This document shows, in pieces, positions 11,701 to 26,261 of a DNA stretch of 64,000 nt. The translations under genes were made by a program, and so were the position numbers. The stretch covers positions 19,866,461 through 19,930,460 of the forward strand of contig NC_069003.1 in assembly GCF_001194135.2 (NCBI RefSeq). The letters run 5' to 3'. The DNA is from Octopus bimaculoides (lineage: Eukaryota). The notes beneath the pieces were generated by a model, which had not been told where the DNA came from, made no database searches, and saw only the letters and a program-made list of their open reading frames with translations. Every line of letters starts with the position of its first letter. Within the stretch, counting starts at the first letter, position 1.

Positions 11701-12249
11701 CAGCAATTGATAGAGAAGCAGAGACAATACAAGGTTGAAAGAAATCTACAGTTTTTTCAACCTTATATGGAACATGACAAAAACACGCAACCTCTCTAGT
11801 GTGAGTGCCATTATAAAATGTACATGGTACACTTTGTAAAGTGAAGGGTGCAAGGAAAGACATTCAGCTGTAGAAATGAAGCCAAAAAGAATGAAGTAAA
11901 TGTACAAGTAAGATGTAGTTCTCTAACTAGTCCAAGGAACCGTAACTCAGCATAAAGAACTGACTTAGACTGCAACAACCCATCAAACCAATGTCAGTAT
12001 GGAAAACTGACTCATGATGATGATGAATAAAAAGAGATGTAATGTTTAAATTAGGTTTTGCTCAAAAGAAGAGGAATTTCATTTTACTTGTATTTTCCAC
12101 TAGATGGAGATCAACAAAAGAAGGGAAAAAAAAAAGAAGTTTGGTTTGTTATAGAACCAATAACACTAACACAGCCAGAACCATATTCTGCATAAGGATT
12201 TCTTTGCAATTTAAAAATTAATGGTTTGGTAATGCCTGTTTTGTATCAT

Positions 12250-13210
12250 ATCAATGATACAAAAGAATCAAAGCTGGCTATGTTAAATGGAAGACGATAT
12301 GGCAATTCAGTGCAGAGAACAAAAGACTGTATACTTTAAGGTAAAGTAACTTTTAAGTAGTTTACTGAAGTTCCATCAGAGTTGATAACATTACATTTTA
12401 ATATTCAGAGCAATTGAATAGAGCACGTTTTAGTAGCAAATTGATAATTTCTTTTAATATTAATCTCAGGAAATATTAAACTAAGAGGTAGAGAAACCAG
12501 TAAACTTTGTTTGCCGATGATATTGGTTTATGAGGTCATAATGAAAAAGAAAACTTAAAGATCTAAGGACAACTGCAAGAAAGTATGAAATAGAAATAAG
12601 TGCCAAAAAACAAAAACAAAAAAAAACACTTAATATAAAGAATCCGGTTCAAATAACAGGAAAGACATTGAAACAAGTAGATAAATCTAAGTATTTAGCA
12701 AGAGCATGAGAAGATCTAAGAGTAAAGAAAGTGATGGATTGTAGCAGTTGATAGCATCGTTTAGAAAAATTAGACTTTGGTTTTTTGGTGGGGTGGGGTG
12801 GATTATAACAAATATTTGTTTTTCTTTAAAGCAATAGTAATTTCTGCTTGATTCTAAGGAGGTGAATTGTGGACATTAAAGAATGAAAATGAGAAAAAAT
12901 TTTATGACCTTTAAAATGAAATGTTATAGAAAGATGTTTTGCAGTCTATATACAGAAAATTGAACTAATGAGAGTGTTAGGAAAGAAATTGTTGAGAAGA
13001 CTACAAAATCATGAAATTCTTCTCTCAGTATAAAAAAAAATAGATAACAAGGTGGATTGGTTATACAATGTGTTACCAGCCTACACCTAGTGGATATGAT
13101 CAGACATGGACAAGCTCTTAGCAAAAGATGTAAGAAAAAAAACAAAGGAAGTGGTTTGGGTAACCTCAAGGAATGAAGAGAAAGATGATGTAAATTTAAG
13201 GTTGGCTGTT
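12250..13210 (+). pseudogene. Ancient non-LTR (RTE-like) reverse transcriptase fossil
   Basis: ttt gcc gat gat att ggt tta = FADDIGL at 12510. Downstream fragments in shifting frames: RTTARKYEIEISAKK, QITGKTLKQVDKSKYL, GGELWTLKNENEK..FKMKCYRKM. Multiple stops and frameshifts. Confidence 0.65.
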
Positions 13211-14744
13211 GACCAGGAGAAATTAAAGGAGGCTGCATCTTTTAATGGGTCCCCTAGGGTCAATCTCAGAATTCAAAAATGGAATTTGATGGTTTGATGA
13301 ACAAAGAATTAGCATCTCATAAAAATTCAGCCTTTGTTCTTCCACATCATTCATTTCTCATTTATTTAAGGCTAGATGAACTTGATCATTCAAAGTCAAT
13401 TGGGTTGCAAAAAATATAGACATGATTCTTATGATAGATTTAACAATCATAGGAAACCTCATAGAGGTGTGACACCATTACCACTTTAATCAATGCTCAT
13501 CACAAGTTAGTTAGGAAATTAATCAATGCTTGGTTAAGAAGTTCATTTTGTAACCATGTGATTCTATCTTTGATATCACTGCACAGTACTTTGACTTCTA
13601 CCAGAACCACAGGTTGACCAATGCCTTATGAGTGGAATTTAGTAGACACAAACTGTAGAGAAGCCCATCATATATAAGTGTGTGCATGTTTGTGTGAATG
13701 TGTATGTCCATGTGTGTCTGGCTTTTGACAACGTATATTGGAGAAAGATGTGAACATCATACAGAAAACTGAAAAGTAATGCTATTTCAAATGAAGTCCC
13801 TCATGATAGTTACTCTACACTGAGGTACAGACACTCCATTGTTACTCTTGCCAGCAAAAATGTAGTGACCAGTGACTGTCCCTTTGAGAATCTGTCATCA
13901 ATGATGACAGTGTTCACCAATTATGACATAAAATAAATAAGTACTAATCACCTAAATTTAAAACCCCTGTATTGAATTTGTAGTCATATGTCGAACGAAA
14001 GAAATAATTCAATATGGCTGTCCAGAAGACAGGATCATTTCAAAGATAAACTACTTTCTAGTACTTTTATTATAATTCCTGTCAAAGTTGATCTTCAGCA
14101 AAGAGATGAATTAACCAGATAGAACATGCTGTGACAGCAGCAACTGTTCAGGTTTTCTATTGTTTCATATTTTTGTTTTTTTGTCTTTTTGTTTTTCCAT
14201 TTACCTTAATTAGATGTAGTTCAGTTTATAAATATTTCTATATGAGTCAAGATAAATGAAATTCTCTGGAGAATCAGTCAGAGGTCCGACTGTTGCAGAG
14301 AAAAACAAGGAGGGAGTTATGATGAAGGCTAGTTTTAATTTAATAGTGAAAAGCAAAGACAGCATAAGATTAGGTTATATCAACATGAATGGAACAACAC
14401 ATTGAAGACACTGTTGCTAGGAAATTATGCATAAATTTAACAACACAACATAAAACTTACTGATAAAGGAGACTAAATCAACTAAAAAGTCAATGCATAC
14501 AATAAAGCACTTTCCACATGCACTACCTCCAAGAAAGAAAACTTATGACAGATAGGAAATAATTTTAACATACCATTAAAATTCAAAACATCACAAGAAA
14601 GGTGCTGAAACCAAGTGATACACCAAATTTTGTGAACCAACTACACAGGACAGAAAAGCATAAAAATACTTTCTCGTACAACATTTAATACTACTCCTTT
14701 TACTAGTAGTATTTCTGCTAGTAATAATTCTTTCTGTGTCAGGC

Positions 14745-15135
14745 ATAAGGCCTAAAATTTGTGGAGAGGGATCTAGTCAATTACATCGATCCCCTGATAC
14801 TTGACGGATACTTATTTTATTGACCCTGAAAAGATGAAAGCAAAATTGATCTCAGCAGAATTTGATCTCAGAAAGTAAAGCCAAAAGAAATGCTACAAGG
14901 CATTTTATCCAGTGCGCTAACAATTCTACCAGATTACCACTTTTATAACTATGATAATAAGGCCAGAAATTTTGAAGACAGAGTCTAGTCGATTACATCA
15001 ACCCCAGTACTTGACTGGTATTTATTTTTATCAAGCCCATAACAATGAATGGTAAAGTTGACCTTGGCAGAATTTAAGCCAGAAGAAATGCTGCTAACCA
15101 TTTTGTCCAATGTACTAACGATTCTTCCAACTCGT
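14745..15135 (-). mobile_element. Two tandem family B SINE copies
   Basis: The block gattacatc..ccc..tacttgac(t/g)g(g/a)ta..tatttt..tgaa..gcaaa/gtaaa.ttga.ct..gcagaattt occurs twice (~14775 and ~14990). Confidence 0.7.
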
Positions 15136-16698
15136 CACAGTCATAATATCATTATTATTATTGACATATCCATTTTTCGCTTACCATTGCCCATCTCAGT
15201 TGCTGCCTATCACTCACTCTCTCGCCATTACCCTTATTTTACTATCCCATTACACCACTGATACTATTTTTATTCAATCTCCTTATAAACAACCAGCATA
15301 TAGCTATCACTGTCTCTCTTCTATTACTCCAGCCTCTATCATTGTCTTGCTCCTCCCACTGTTTCTCCCAATTATACCCATATTCTCACTCTTTCTTCTT
15401 AAACCACTCCTCCTCATTCAGTCATTACTCTCTCTTTTATTCACCCTCTTTATTATGATTGCTTTGAATGGAAAAAGAAAACAAGAATATAGAAGACCCT
15501 CAACCTAACAGAGGACATGGCAAACTCTAGTGTTGGTACCATAGTAAAATGTACTAACATCAGTCTGTAAAGTAGCTGGTCTTAGAAAAAGCATCTGGCT
15601 ATAGAAACAATGTGCCAAAAATGGAACATACGAATGTTCTTCCAACCCTTCTAGGTAGGTATTAACTCCAAACAACTAATTCAGACCATAACAGCCCATC
15701 CAACCCATACCAGCATGGAATATGGATACAAAATGGCAGTGGTGGTGGTGGCGGTGGTGATGGTTATGATCATGATGATTGTCGTTATTAAACTATGGTA
15801 GTGAGATTCTGTCAATAAAAACCCATCCATTGGTTGTTTATTTTCAATTAATTGATTCATTAATTAACGAGCCAATTGGCTTTTGACACTCTACTCTGAC
15901 CTTTTCACTGACTTTCTTTGATCTCTCCCACTTTGTGCAAGCTCCTTCACAACTATAAGCACAAATTTACAGAGGAGAATAAGATTCTGTAACATTCATG
16001 CTTTTCTTATAGGCATTAACAGCATTACTGATGTGAACTAACAACTAATCTGCATGTGATCCAATAAGGGAGCTACCAGCCAATACACAAATATCTAGAC
16101 AGTCACTTAACCGGCTAGAAATAGCTGCCAGATCTTACTCAAAACTCGATCTGACCATTTAAAGTAAAGAATGACACTACAGGTAATGTAGTCTTAGATA
16201 TTATGTGATGGTCACAACTGGAATAAGGTCTACATAACAAGTGGCTCACAAAGTTGACCTACCAGAAATTGTGTTGCTTATTCTGTGACTAAATAATTCA
16301 GGTGTTAAATATTTATCCAATATAGCATGTAGCCTACTGGTGTGGGGTGGGGCTCATGATATTAAGATCAGGATCTTGATACTTGGACCAGAGACACACT
16401 GGATACTTAAGCCAGGTACTTCATCTCACATTGTTTCAGTCACCAACTCAGCAGAAATGAGCAACAACCAAGTACTGATGCAGCCCTTTCTTTCTCTCCT
16501 TCTAGTTATCATATCATAGATGCTTTACTGGGTCGAGGATATGAGGACCAAGAAGGATTCTATGATTGGCCTTAATTACATAGGTCCTTAAAACAATTAG
16601 TGTAACAATGGTACATACTACCAAGTCCTCATTGATTCTGAATGATGCTGTCATTTTAGATATCCAACATTTGAAAGACTAATCTAAGACTAGTTTAT

Positions 16699-16920
16699 TA
16701 CTCTTCAGCATTCAAACCAGCCATATCCAGCCCAAATATTCTGTTTTGTGTTCAAACTGACCAGGTTAAGCCTCTCACATCTACCCTGCAATGTCATTAT
16801 AAAAATAAAACAATTACATCATCAAAATCTCAAAGGTACAAGATAATGATGAATGATTAATTCCAAACAATGTGAATAAATAAGCAATATATGACAAAAT
16901 AATTTAAATGCTAAAGGGTT
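16699..16920 (+). mobile_element. piggyBac-type MITE, decayed copy
   Basis: Colinear with 62089-62287 (aaccagccatatccagcccaaatatt...cctctcac...aatgtcatt...taaatgctaaagggtt). Confidence 0.75.
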
Positions 16921-19479
16921 CACTTAACATTATAATAATTGATATTCTTTTTTAATTCTTTTTAATTTTCTTTCATGTAATTTTCATATCTATATTCTTA
17001 CTCAACGTAAAATATACAGCGATGAGATATATGGAAGAATAGATAAAATCATGTAATGAGTAACTACTTGATGCTTCTCACATACTTTTCATATATACTT
17101 ATAGTTACTTTGAAAAAAATGTAAATGTTCCATTATTTTTAGTTCGGTCTGTTTGTGAAATGCAATAACTATTTTTGAAACAAATTCATCATAATTTTCC
17201 ATGTATTTATAGCTTTAGATGATAAAACAAAAAAAGACAAGCCAAAATAAAATAAGAGTAAAACTAATAATTCCTACATTGTTGTGAGATTGCAAATTTT
17301 GGTGGATGAGTGGTAGCCAATGAAAGTGACCCCATTACTTCATTGATACTTTATTTTACCAATCCAAGAATAAGATGAATGGCAAAAATTGAAATGAAAG
17401 GAATTAGAACTCAAGGACATTTTCAGTGTAAAGGGTTGTGTTATTTAATAACATGCATTTTGTCTAACACTGACAATTCTACCAAAGTACACTGAATGAA
17501 AAGCTGAGAACAAGAAGGAAAATAAAGTTCCAATATTAAATAGCAACTACAGTATAGAAAAAAATAACAAGGATCACCTAAAATGAGGGGTCAACAACAT
17601 CAGGTGATTTAGGGCATTCCACACACAATCTCAGTTAATCCTGACAAACCAAACCCAAGTTCCTTCTCCTAGTCTTTACAACCAGCCTCCACATCCCTCT
17701 TTTAATGATATTTGAAGAAGTTGATGAGAGGAAAGGCTCTGTCCTCAAACCTATCTGTCATATCCATCAATACTTGATTGGTACTGAACCTTTAATTGCA
17801 GTTTGAAACCAGCTTGTGAAGGGATGTAACTAAATATTGCAAAAACATACTGTCTGATGCTCTACTGATTCTGAAATTCACAATACTTCTTTATAATGAT
17901 AATAATGTTTACTGATTTTGGTACATGACCACAACATATTGTAGGAATTATGTATTTGATTTAATTGACTCTGGTAGCTGAATGAGAGAGCTGGACATCA
18001 TTATTTAGACTAACTTTAAAAGAAAGATCAATGAGTCAGTGTTCTAGATTAAAATTACAAGAGGTAAATTTTGTTTTCCATTTATTGAAATCGATAAAAG
18101 AATGGAGTTCATTATATCAAATACATTAGTTCTCCTTGAGAAACAAATGGACCTGGTGTCAGCACAAACAATATTGTACCAAAGAACTCTATGATTTACT
18201 TTATGGCAGCTCACTTTATGCTCAGAATTTTGCATTCAAATATCAGAGTGTTTTTGACTTTGCTCTTTCATCTTTCTAGAATCACGGATTAGTTGCATTA
18301 GTTGTTGTTGGTAGTGGTGTTGCTTAGCATCAAATTGGTTTTGATCAAGCAAGCTTGTGATCAAAAGCATTCAAACTATGACCATCCATATAATATGTAT
18401 GGATGGATGTGTCTACAGATATATTTCACTGACGTCAGTAAAGAACATAAACAGCAGTGAGAAAAACCAACAATGAAAAAAAGACAAAAAAAAAAACAGT
18501 GTTTTATAAATGAAGTCTCATGATATATTTGCTTTGCACTGGGTTACAGGCACTCCCTGGTCACTTTCACCTTCAGAAATACAATGAACCAATAACTAAC
18601 TCATTGTAAACCTGACTGTAGTGGCCCTCATATTAGATTCATTTTTTAAAGACAGATAGTGCAGTTATGACTATGTAGTTAAGAAGTTTGCTTTCCAGCC
18701 ATGAAGTTTCAGGTTCAGTCCCACTGTATAGCAACTCAGGCAGGAATCTTATACCAATGTTACTTTACAAGTAACATTGGTACATGGAAACTGTGCAGAA
18801 ACCTATCATATACATATAGAAAAAAAATACATCTTTTTTAAGTCTGGTATTTATTTTATCAACTCCTATTTGTTAGACTGCTATGTTACAAGACACAGCT
18901 AACCATGAACACAAATATACATGCACATGCATACAGATACATTTGAAGAATTCATGTGGCCTAGTAAGGGTATTAGACTCACAATTACCGGTTCAATTCC
19001 TGGAGCAGGTGATGATTGTGTCCTTAAACAAGGTACATCATTTCACATTGCTCAAGTCTATTCAGCAGAAACCTTATGTTGTCACATCCTCAATGGCAAA
19101 TGCATGATACAAGCTACCAAATCATACTTGCTTGAGAGTGATAGCTAAGCGCCCACACATAATGGGTTTCCATTGAAGTTACTTGTCCAACATGCCACAC
19201 AGTGAGATCAAACCCAAACTACATAGCTATGCTTGCCTTTTCTTTTAACAATGGCATTTTTACTTCTGTTGGAAAACTAAGAATGCTTTTCTTCAATACC
19301 TTATAATTATGTGTTTCTTTATGTAAGAATTTTTTTTTAATCAAAAATGACCAACGAAAACAGTACACATGTTAGAGAGGTGGGTCTGTTAAATACAATG
19401 AAGCAGTTAGTTCAAAACCTCACAGTTCTGAGTTCAATTCCCAATAGAAACTGACTTCTAAATTTCACACCAAGACAAG

Positions 19480-19885
19480 TTTGTTTTTCAAATGATTGAG
19501 AAGCAAGCATTTGTGTGGTTGAGAAATTTGCTTCCCATGTGGTTTTGTGTTCAATCCTACCAAAGCCCCAGGTCAACTGAAGGATTGTGAGTGAATTTTG
19601 TAAATGGAGGCTAAAAGAGGTCTCCACGCTGTGTGCATGTGTGTGCATGCATATGTGTGAGTGTGTTTTTTCTCTTGTAGTCTTGACATCATGAGTAGTT
19701 GTAAATTAATGTCACCATCATACAAGTAATGTCATTCATTTCAATCTTTGGTGAAAATATGTCTGGCTATGTGGAAATATTACCTTGTTTTGTCAACAGA
19801 AAAGAAGATACCTGATCACAGAAAAACTTCCTCAATAAATTCTGTCAAGCATGGAAAAGTGGAAATTAAAACTGATGATGATGAA
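19480..19885 (+). mobile_element. SINE family A2
   Basis: tgtgtggttgagaaatttgcttccc head, cttgacatcatgagtagttgtaa core, tctgtcaagcatggaaaagtgga..tgatgatgatga tail. Confidence 0.7.
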
Positions 19886-19951
19886 ATATCAGTCATATAC
19901 TGAGGACAAACATTACACACACACACACATCTGTAGACACATCCATTCATG

Positions 19952-20014
<63 letters not shown>

Positions 20015-20629
20015 CTACCCTTTTCATAGTTGGCTTTGTGCCCAGTCAAGAGAAGAATCATTATTCATAAATGTTATTCAATGGATTATGAATTCCATCA
20101 GGAGAAAACTAATTTACTTCTGTCACTATAGATTTTGAGTAATTAGTTGGAGACATTCATATTTATCCCAAATGAATAATCTAAAGGGAGAATTTTTAGA
20201 CACTGCTTGTGTCAGCTGCATACTAATTCTAAATAAAGTATAGTGAGTAAAGCCCAACAGAGCAAGGTCATTGTTTTAAATACACACACACATGCACGTT
20301 TTTTTCATGCACAAAACAAACAGCATGTAGTAGACTTTAGAGATAAATTTTATGTAGTTAGACAACAGCTTATAATGCCGATATACCTACATTAGAGAAA
20401 AATACAAAAGTGTAAATACATCTTGTTATTCACTGCACAGACAAGGAAATACAGAGATTGCCCTTACATGCTTTGACTGATTGGCTACTCTTCAGAAGAC
20501 AAACACCCTTCACCTTTCAGCCTACGAAGAGAACAAATATTATACAATATATGCATATATGTCTCCAGAGTAGAAGTTGCAGAGACTTATTTTCAAGTTA
20601 CTCGGTCATGTCACTAACGCTGATATGCC

Positions 20630-20805
20630 ATGAAAAGAGCACCCAGTATACTCTGTAAAGTGATTGGTTTTAGCAAGGGCATCCAGCCATAGAAACCATG
20701 CCAGAGCAGACACTAGAGCTTGACACAGTCCTTTGGTTTATCAGATCCTTTTGAGCCATCCAACTTACGCCAGCAAGGAAGATAGATGTTAAACGATCAT
20801 GATAA
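20630..20805 (+). mobile_element. RTE-like 3' tail
   Basis: gagcacccagtatactctgtaaagtg..gggcatccagccatagaaaccatgcc...catccaac..gccagcaagg..gttaaacgatcatgat. Confidence 0.7.
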
Positions 20806-22029
20806 TATATGCATGGGTTGCAGTTCTAAGGAGGACGAACTGAACAAAGTGCTTTGAGCAGTGTCTGAATGAGAAAATGCAATAAAATGATGAGAGGAGG
20901 AAAGGGATGTTTCCTGAATTCCGGATAGGGTGAGTGTATCAAGCTAATTTTTAGAGCATAGTCTTCCATCTATACTCTAAATTTAAATGCTATTATGACT
21001 GACACATAAGTATCAGTCAAGTCATGAAACAGAGGAACCTTCATTATATTCTTAGCCTACATTTATTTTTACCTCTCAGTAAAAAGGGAAGGGCAGTGCC
21101 CATGAAAGAAATCCAAAACTGGTGAGAGAAAAAGAGGGAGGAATCCTCCAGTTAGAAACCTGACCCGAATACTTGCAACAGAATGGACTCCACTAAAAGA
21201 AACCGAGGTGCCAGATTGTGGCATTGAAGTGGTGATAGATTAAGTCTACCATCCAAGCAGGCCATGGAGGGATTTGAACTCAGAATGCAAACAACTGGAA
21301 CAAATAGTGTGTCATCTTGTCCAATGGTCTAATGTTACCACCAGTTCACTAATCTAAACTGCCACTTTATTTATCGACTGCAGAAAGATGAAAGTTGACC
21401 CTGCCAGGGTTTGAACTCAGAACCCAAGGTGCTGGTAAAATACCACAAGGTACTTTGTCTAATGACTACCAATTTACTTTACAAATTTGTTCCTTATACC
21501 AATGTGAGAAATCAATATATACAGAATATAAATAGACTTCAAATATCCACAATTACATCATATGAATTTTTAAATTGTATTTTCATTAACATTATTCTCA
21601 TGATAAATAAATTAATTTATTGTTAAAACTTATTTAAAAAGCTATTTCCTTTGTGTTTATTTTTGAGTGCAGGAAATAAGTAAAAACAAACAGGCATGGA
21701 ACTCTATAATATTGTTAGATAATATGTAACATCCATTGTCATAGTCAAACAGTTTTTAGAGAATTTTATACAGTAAGAACATTAGAAGTTTGTATATTTT
21801 ATCATTTGAATAATGGTTTTAAATATAAATTTAAGATCAGTCACTAGCTCCTTATGAGTAGTCCAACACAATATTAGTTGGTCTTCTTGTAATAAAAATA
21901 CTAAATGGATTTCAGAAGTTAAAGAGAAATTCTATAGTCAAAGTGATATTCAAGATGATTTTCTTCTTGAAAGACAGACAAAAGTTTAATCCTTTTCATA
22001 GCAGCTCACCTGTAACTGATCTTGGTTCT

Positions 22030-22460
22030 ATGACACAAAGTTCCTGTTTTAAAGTGAACTAAAAGCTTTCATGATAATTTATGTTCCAAACCTAAAGTTA
22101 ATAACGACTATTAAATTTTTCATTGTTTTTTTAAATTAATTGAAAGAAAGGCAGTATATTTCAACAGAAATAAAGTAACAAAAGGATTAAATATTGTATG
22201 ATTATCAGTCTATGTGTTCTGTATTCTCCTGAGATGTCCCAACTATCCATTCTATATAAGTACAAACACACAAACTTCCTGTTTTAAAGTAATCTAAACT
22301 AAAAAAAAAATAAACCTTTCATCAAACTTTCATGTTAATCCAGATTCCAAACACCAGTATATTAATGATGACAAAGTTCTTTTATTAAATTCTTCATTAT
22401 TTTCAAACTTAATTGAAAGAAAGGTAATGTATTTCAACAGAAATATGGTAACCAAAGAAT
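22030..22460. repeat. Two adjacent diverged copies of an AT-rich MITE-like unit
   Basis: Both units (~22033 and ~22268) start acacaaa(g/c)ttcctgttttaaagt and contain ttaattgaaagaaagg...atttcaacagaaata..gtaac. The first ends aaaggaTTAA, like the piggyBac-type ends. Confidence 0.7.
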
Positions 22461-22759
22461 CTATCAAGTTTCTACAGTTTGTCCTGCAGGTTATCGATTG
22501 ATATAGATTATACACTATGAGCAGGTCTCCTTGAAAAGGAAATGTTTCCTGGCATGTTTTTGGAAAGCAATGCATTCCCTAGCAGTCAACAGCAGATTTC
22601 CTTGTAAGCTTCCCCACATTCCTATAGGATCGGACAAGAAGTCAGCCCCAGGTAGTACAGATCCAAGTTACTGCAAATAAATGTTGCTTACACTGTTATT
22701 TTTGAGCCAGTCAACATCCAGTCTGGGACTGGCTACCTTCAGTCTCTTAAGACCTCATT

Positions 22760-22980
22760 TACATTTGATGGATATTTGTCCTCATCTTGTTTGTTGTTAA
22801 CACAATGTTTTGGCTAATACACCCTCCAGCCTTCATTAGGTGTCTTGGGGAAATTTCGAACCTGGGTTCTCATTCCTAAGGTATTTTTCGATGTTATTAT
22901 TGTTATTATTCAGGTCACTGCCTGGAATCAAACTCGGAATCTTGGGCTTAGTAGCCAACGCTCTTAACAACCACTACACC
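22760..22980 (-). mobile_element. tRNA-headed SINE (distinct family)
   Basis: The reverse complement begins ggtgtagtggttgttaagagcgttggctactaagcccaagattccgagtttgattccagg (A and B boxes), followed by an unrelated tail. Confidence 0.65.
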
Positions 22981-23229
22981 ATATCTGTAGACATATCTGT
23001 CAAATCTAAATAATGTAAATAATGTACATAGTTCCTCTTCTCTTAAATATAGAACTGTCTTAAGACTTCAGTTGCAATCTCAACCACAAGAAGTCTATGA
23101 CCAGTGCCCAAGATACTAGCATCATGAAAAATCCTGTAGTTCTGTAGGAGTCTAAGTATGTGGTCCATCTCCTCTGCCACAAAGCCAGTATTGGACTAGC
23201 AAGTCCAGTAATGCAGCTCATGACATTGG

Positions 23230-24721
23230 TACCAGGAGCCAGGAATGCAAAGTCCATGGCTTTTGGTAGTAAATTAGCTGAAGGGCAGTAAGGCAGCCAG
23301 TGTTTATGGCATCAAAAGGGTGGGGATGATCAAGAAAGGTGGGCCGGCTGCAGTCTTGTTCTTGCGGCAGATCATCTGCTCAATCTGGAGTGTTGGCATC
23401 ATACTGCTGGACAGGAAGAGAACCATACTTATCCCACTCTGGAAAGATAGAGGTGACTGCCATGACTGCAACAATTATAGGGCTATTACACTCCTCTCAG
23501 TGCGCAGCAAGGTCTTTGCAGAATCATCCTGAACAGAGTGTGAAATCATCTGCTTATGTCTTTGGAGCTGGAGCTGTCAGGGCCCATGCCAAAGAGGCCA
23601 ACTACTGGCAGGATCCTGGCTCTTCATGTACTCACTGAATGCAAGCAGAACTTTCAATAAGGGCTGTTTGCAGCCTAGGTTGACCTCTACAAGGCACTTG
23701 ACAATGGACAGAGTATGTGCTTTGGATGGTTCTGGAGCTGAGAGGTATACATCCTCACCTGATTGGGATGATAATGGCCTTGTACATAGGAACAGTCTGT
23801 GCAGTTCATATTGGGGGGATTAAATGAATTTTTCCCAGTCAGATCTGGGGCCCATCTTGGTTGCATCTTGGCTGAATGGTGATTCAATTCAGTTGTGGTA
23901 CTCTCATTGAGGAAACCAGGATTACAGACCGAGATTTTTCTGATGATGCAGTTATTCTTGCTGGGTCTCTGGATGTCTTAAGGAGCATTCTCTTTTCATA
24001 AATGAGGAAATAGAACCACTTAGCCTTAGAGTCTCTCAGATCAAGACAAAGATCCAATCTTTTGTTGGCATCTTGGAGGACTCCAGCTTGTCTGTCTCTG
24101 TTGCAAGTCAGAATATCGAAGTAGTTGACTCACTTGTCTCAGCAATGAGATTTACAGTGGTATTAGCTGCAAGTCTGAAATCCTACAAAGACTTGGATAA
24201 ACTGGTACAGTCATAGACTCACTTGACAAGGGTGTTTGGTGCAGTAGGAGGATGAAGTTTCAGATCTTTAGGTTTCTCCTGTCCTATAGTTGGGAGACTT
24301 GTGCACTGTCCAGGGATCTAAAGAGTCACTTGAACCCTTTTGGTATCAGGATGTTACACAGGATTATGAGTTACCATTGATTGGATTTTGTATCAAACCA
24401 ATGATTCTACTCAGAAACTGCGATGTGTCCTATTACTTGAATGATTTGAGAGCACCAGCTCAGATTGTTTTGCCATGTCACTCGATTTTCTGAGTCAGAC
24501 CCAGCTTACTAAGTTCTCTTCACTGAGAATCAGGTTGGGTTCATGGCTCTTGTTGGTCAACCACGTACCACATAGTTATAGCAGATGAGGAGGTATCTAG
24601 AAGAGATAGGGACTGACTGGGGCTCTGCTCAATGGTTCTCCCAGGAGGACCCAGGAATATACTGACAAATGATGAATGCAGCAACACAGTGCAATAGCAC
24701 ATGTCCCCACACCTGACCTGA
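23230..24721 (+). pseudogene. 5'-truncated RTE-clade LINE (RT domain to 3' end), heavily mutated
   Basis: IPLWKDRGDCHDCNNYRAITLLSVRSKVFA (ORF track), VDLYKALD, FPVRSGAHLGCILA and ITDRDFSDDAVILA (FSDD at 23936-23947). Ends tgtccccacacctgacctga, a short-repeat tail. Confidence 0.85.
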
Positions 24722-25955
24722 TACACTATAAATAATGCTGCTTCTGCTTTCATGAAAATAACAATGCAGGATTTAGTAAAAATACATCAAATCTATTTCA
24801 GTAAATGACATTAAGCAGATAAAGACAAAAACCCAACAGAAGAGGACACCAAAAGGATATTACAGAAAAAAACTGTTTTATAATGTCCTCATAAATATTT
24901 ATAATAAAGTATCAACCATCAGATTTGAACTCATATCCTACAACCTCGTTTCTTGATATATTTATCTCTTGGCCATTTCATAGGCTAAGTGCAATTGAGT
25001 TAAGCAGACAGACATTGAGTAATGAATGCAAGTGTTATCAGTGCATCTGATAGACACATAAATATATATATAAATATGTTATATATAAATGAATGTAATA
25101 TGGAGATGTATAAATAAAAATAATAACAAATATGTACGTAATAAATAGATTAATGTATTTTGAATGAAATGTAAGCAGAATTATTAATATCAATTAATTA
25201 ATGACAGTTTACTGACAGAACAAACAGAATATCACAAAAAATGTTGCGGTATTTATTTCCTGTCAAGGTCAACTTTACATTCCACTGTTCTGAGATGGTC
25301 AATAAAATAAAGTAGCAGTCAAGTCCTGGAATCAATTTAATCAACTGTATCCTCCCACAAAGTTTGTGTGGCCTCATAGCTAATTAAAGTCAATATTAGT
25401 TAATTAGGCTGAATGCATAATAAAAATGTCTCATAAATCTTGAAGGCTTTTAAAAGGTTAGTTTCACAGCTTTATGCAGGGGAAAACTAAATCACTGTTT
25501 CTATAGGACAACAAGCTGTTACAAAGAGCCTTTCTAGATGAAATAGGTTACTTGACAATACCCAGGTGGAACAAATTGCTCAGATTTAAGTGTAATGCCA
25601 AAATATCTAATGACACACCTGCCATGAAGGTGAAGATCTATGAGATGATAATCCAATACCAGTGATTTCACCAATATGCATACATGGAGATCTGAAAGAA
25701 TGTGCTTGTGTGTATATTGAGTAAAAGCAGTAGCAAATATTTTAGTTTTTAAAACAAGTCTATGAAGCAATTTTATCTCATACATTTCCATAGGTTCATG
25801 CCTTGCAATGGTGTGTATACATTTAGTATGATACACAGATGGCTATTTTAATCTAATGGTCTTTCAATTGCATATACTGAGGTTTTCTACAATCTCATAA
25901 ATTTCTACATAAACAGTGAATGTTTTATTCATTGTTTCCTACAAGCACGCACACA

Positions 25956-25999
<44 letters not shown>

Positions 26000-26163
26000 C
26001 ATAAGAGTGCATTTTTTTTAATTTTCATCTTGGAATTAGTTTCCAAACAGTTGAAGTTATCTGCACTGTATTAGTAGTTGGTCCAAAACTACCACAACTT
26101 GACTCAATGAACTCAGAAGCAATCTAAAACTACAAAAACATCCCTTGAAATTAATAGGCAATT

Positions 26164-26261
26164 GGAGTAAATTCTAAGGAGCTGAACATATCTCTGAGGA
26201 CTCCTCAATGAAGGAGTAAATTCTAAGGCGCTGAACATATCTCCGAGGACTTCTCAATGAA
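26164..26261. repeat. 49-bp tandem duplication (2 copies, 3 substitutions)
   Basis: ggagtaaattctaagg(a/c)gctgaacatatctc(t/c)gaggact(c/t)ctcaatgaa twice, head to tail. Confidence 0.95.

Noticed and set aside
14205-14289. Minus-strand 85-nt segment with a good acceptor (ctccctccttgtttttctctgcaacAG) and a GTAAAT donor
   Set aside because: It has stop codons in all three frames, so it is not supportable as a coding exon; it could only be a non-coding, terminal or poison exon, for which I have no evidence.
25534-25836. 100-aa minus ORF containing a 73-nt AG...GT segment
   Set aside because: No recognisable domain, not frame-preserving, and the plus strand has weak LINE-like wording (MKVKIYEMIIQ); ambiguous.
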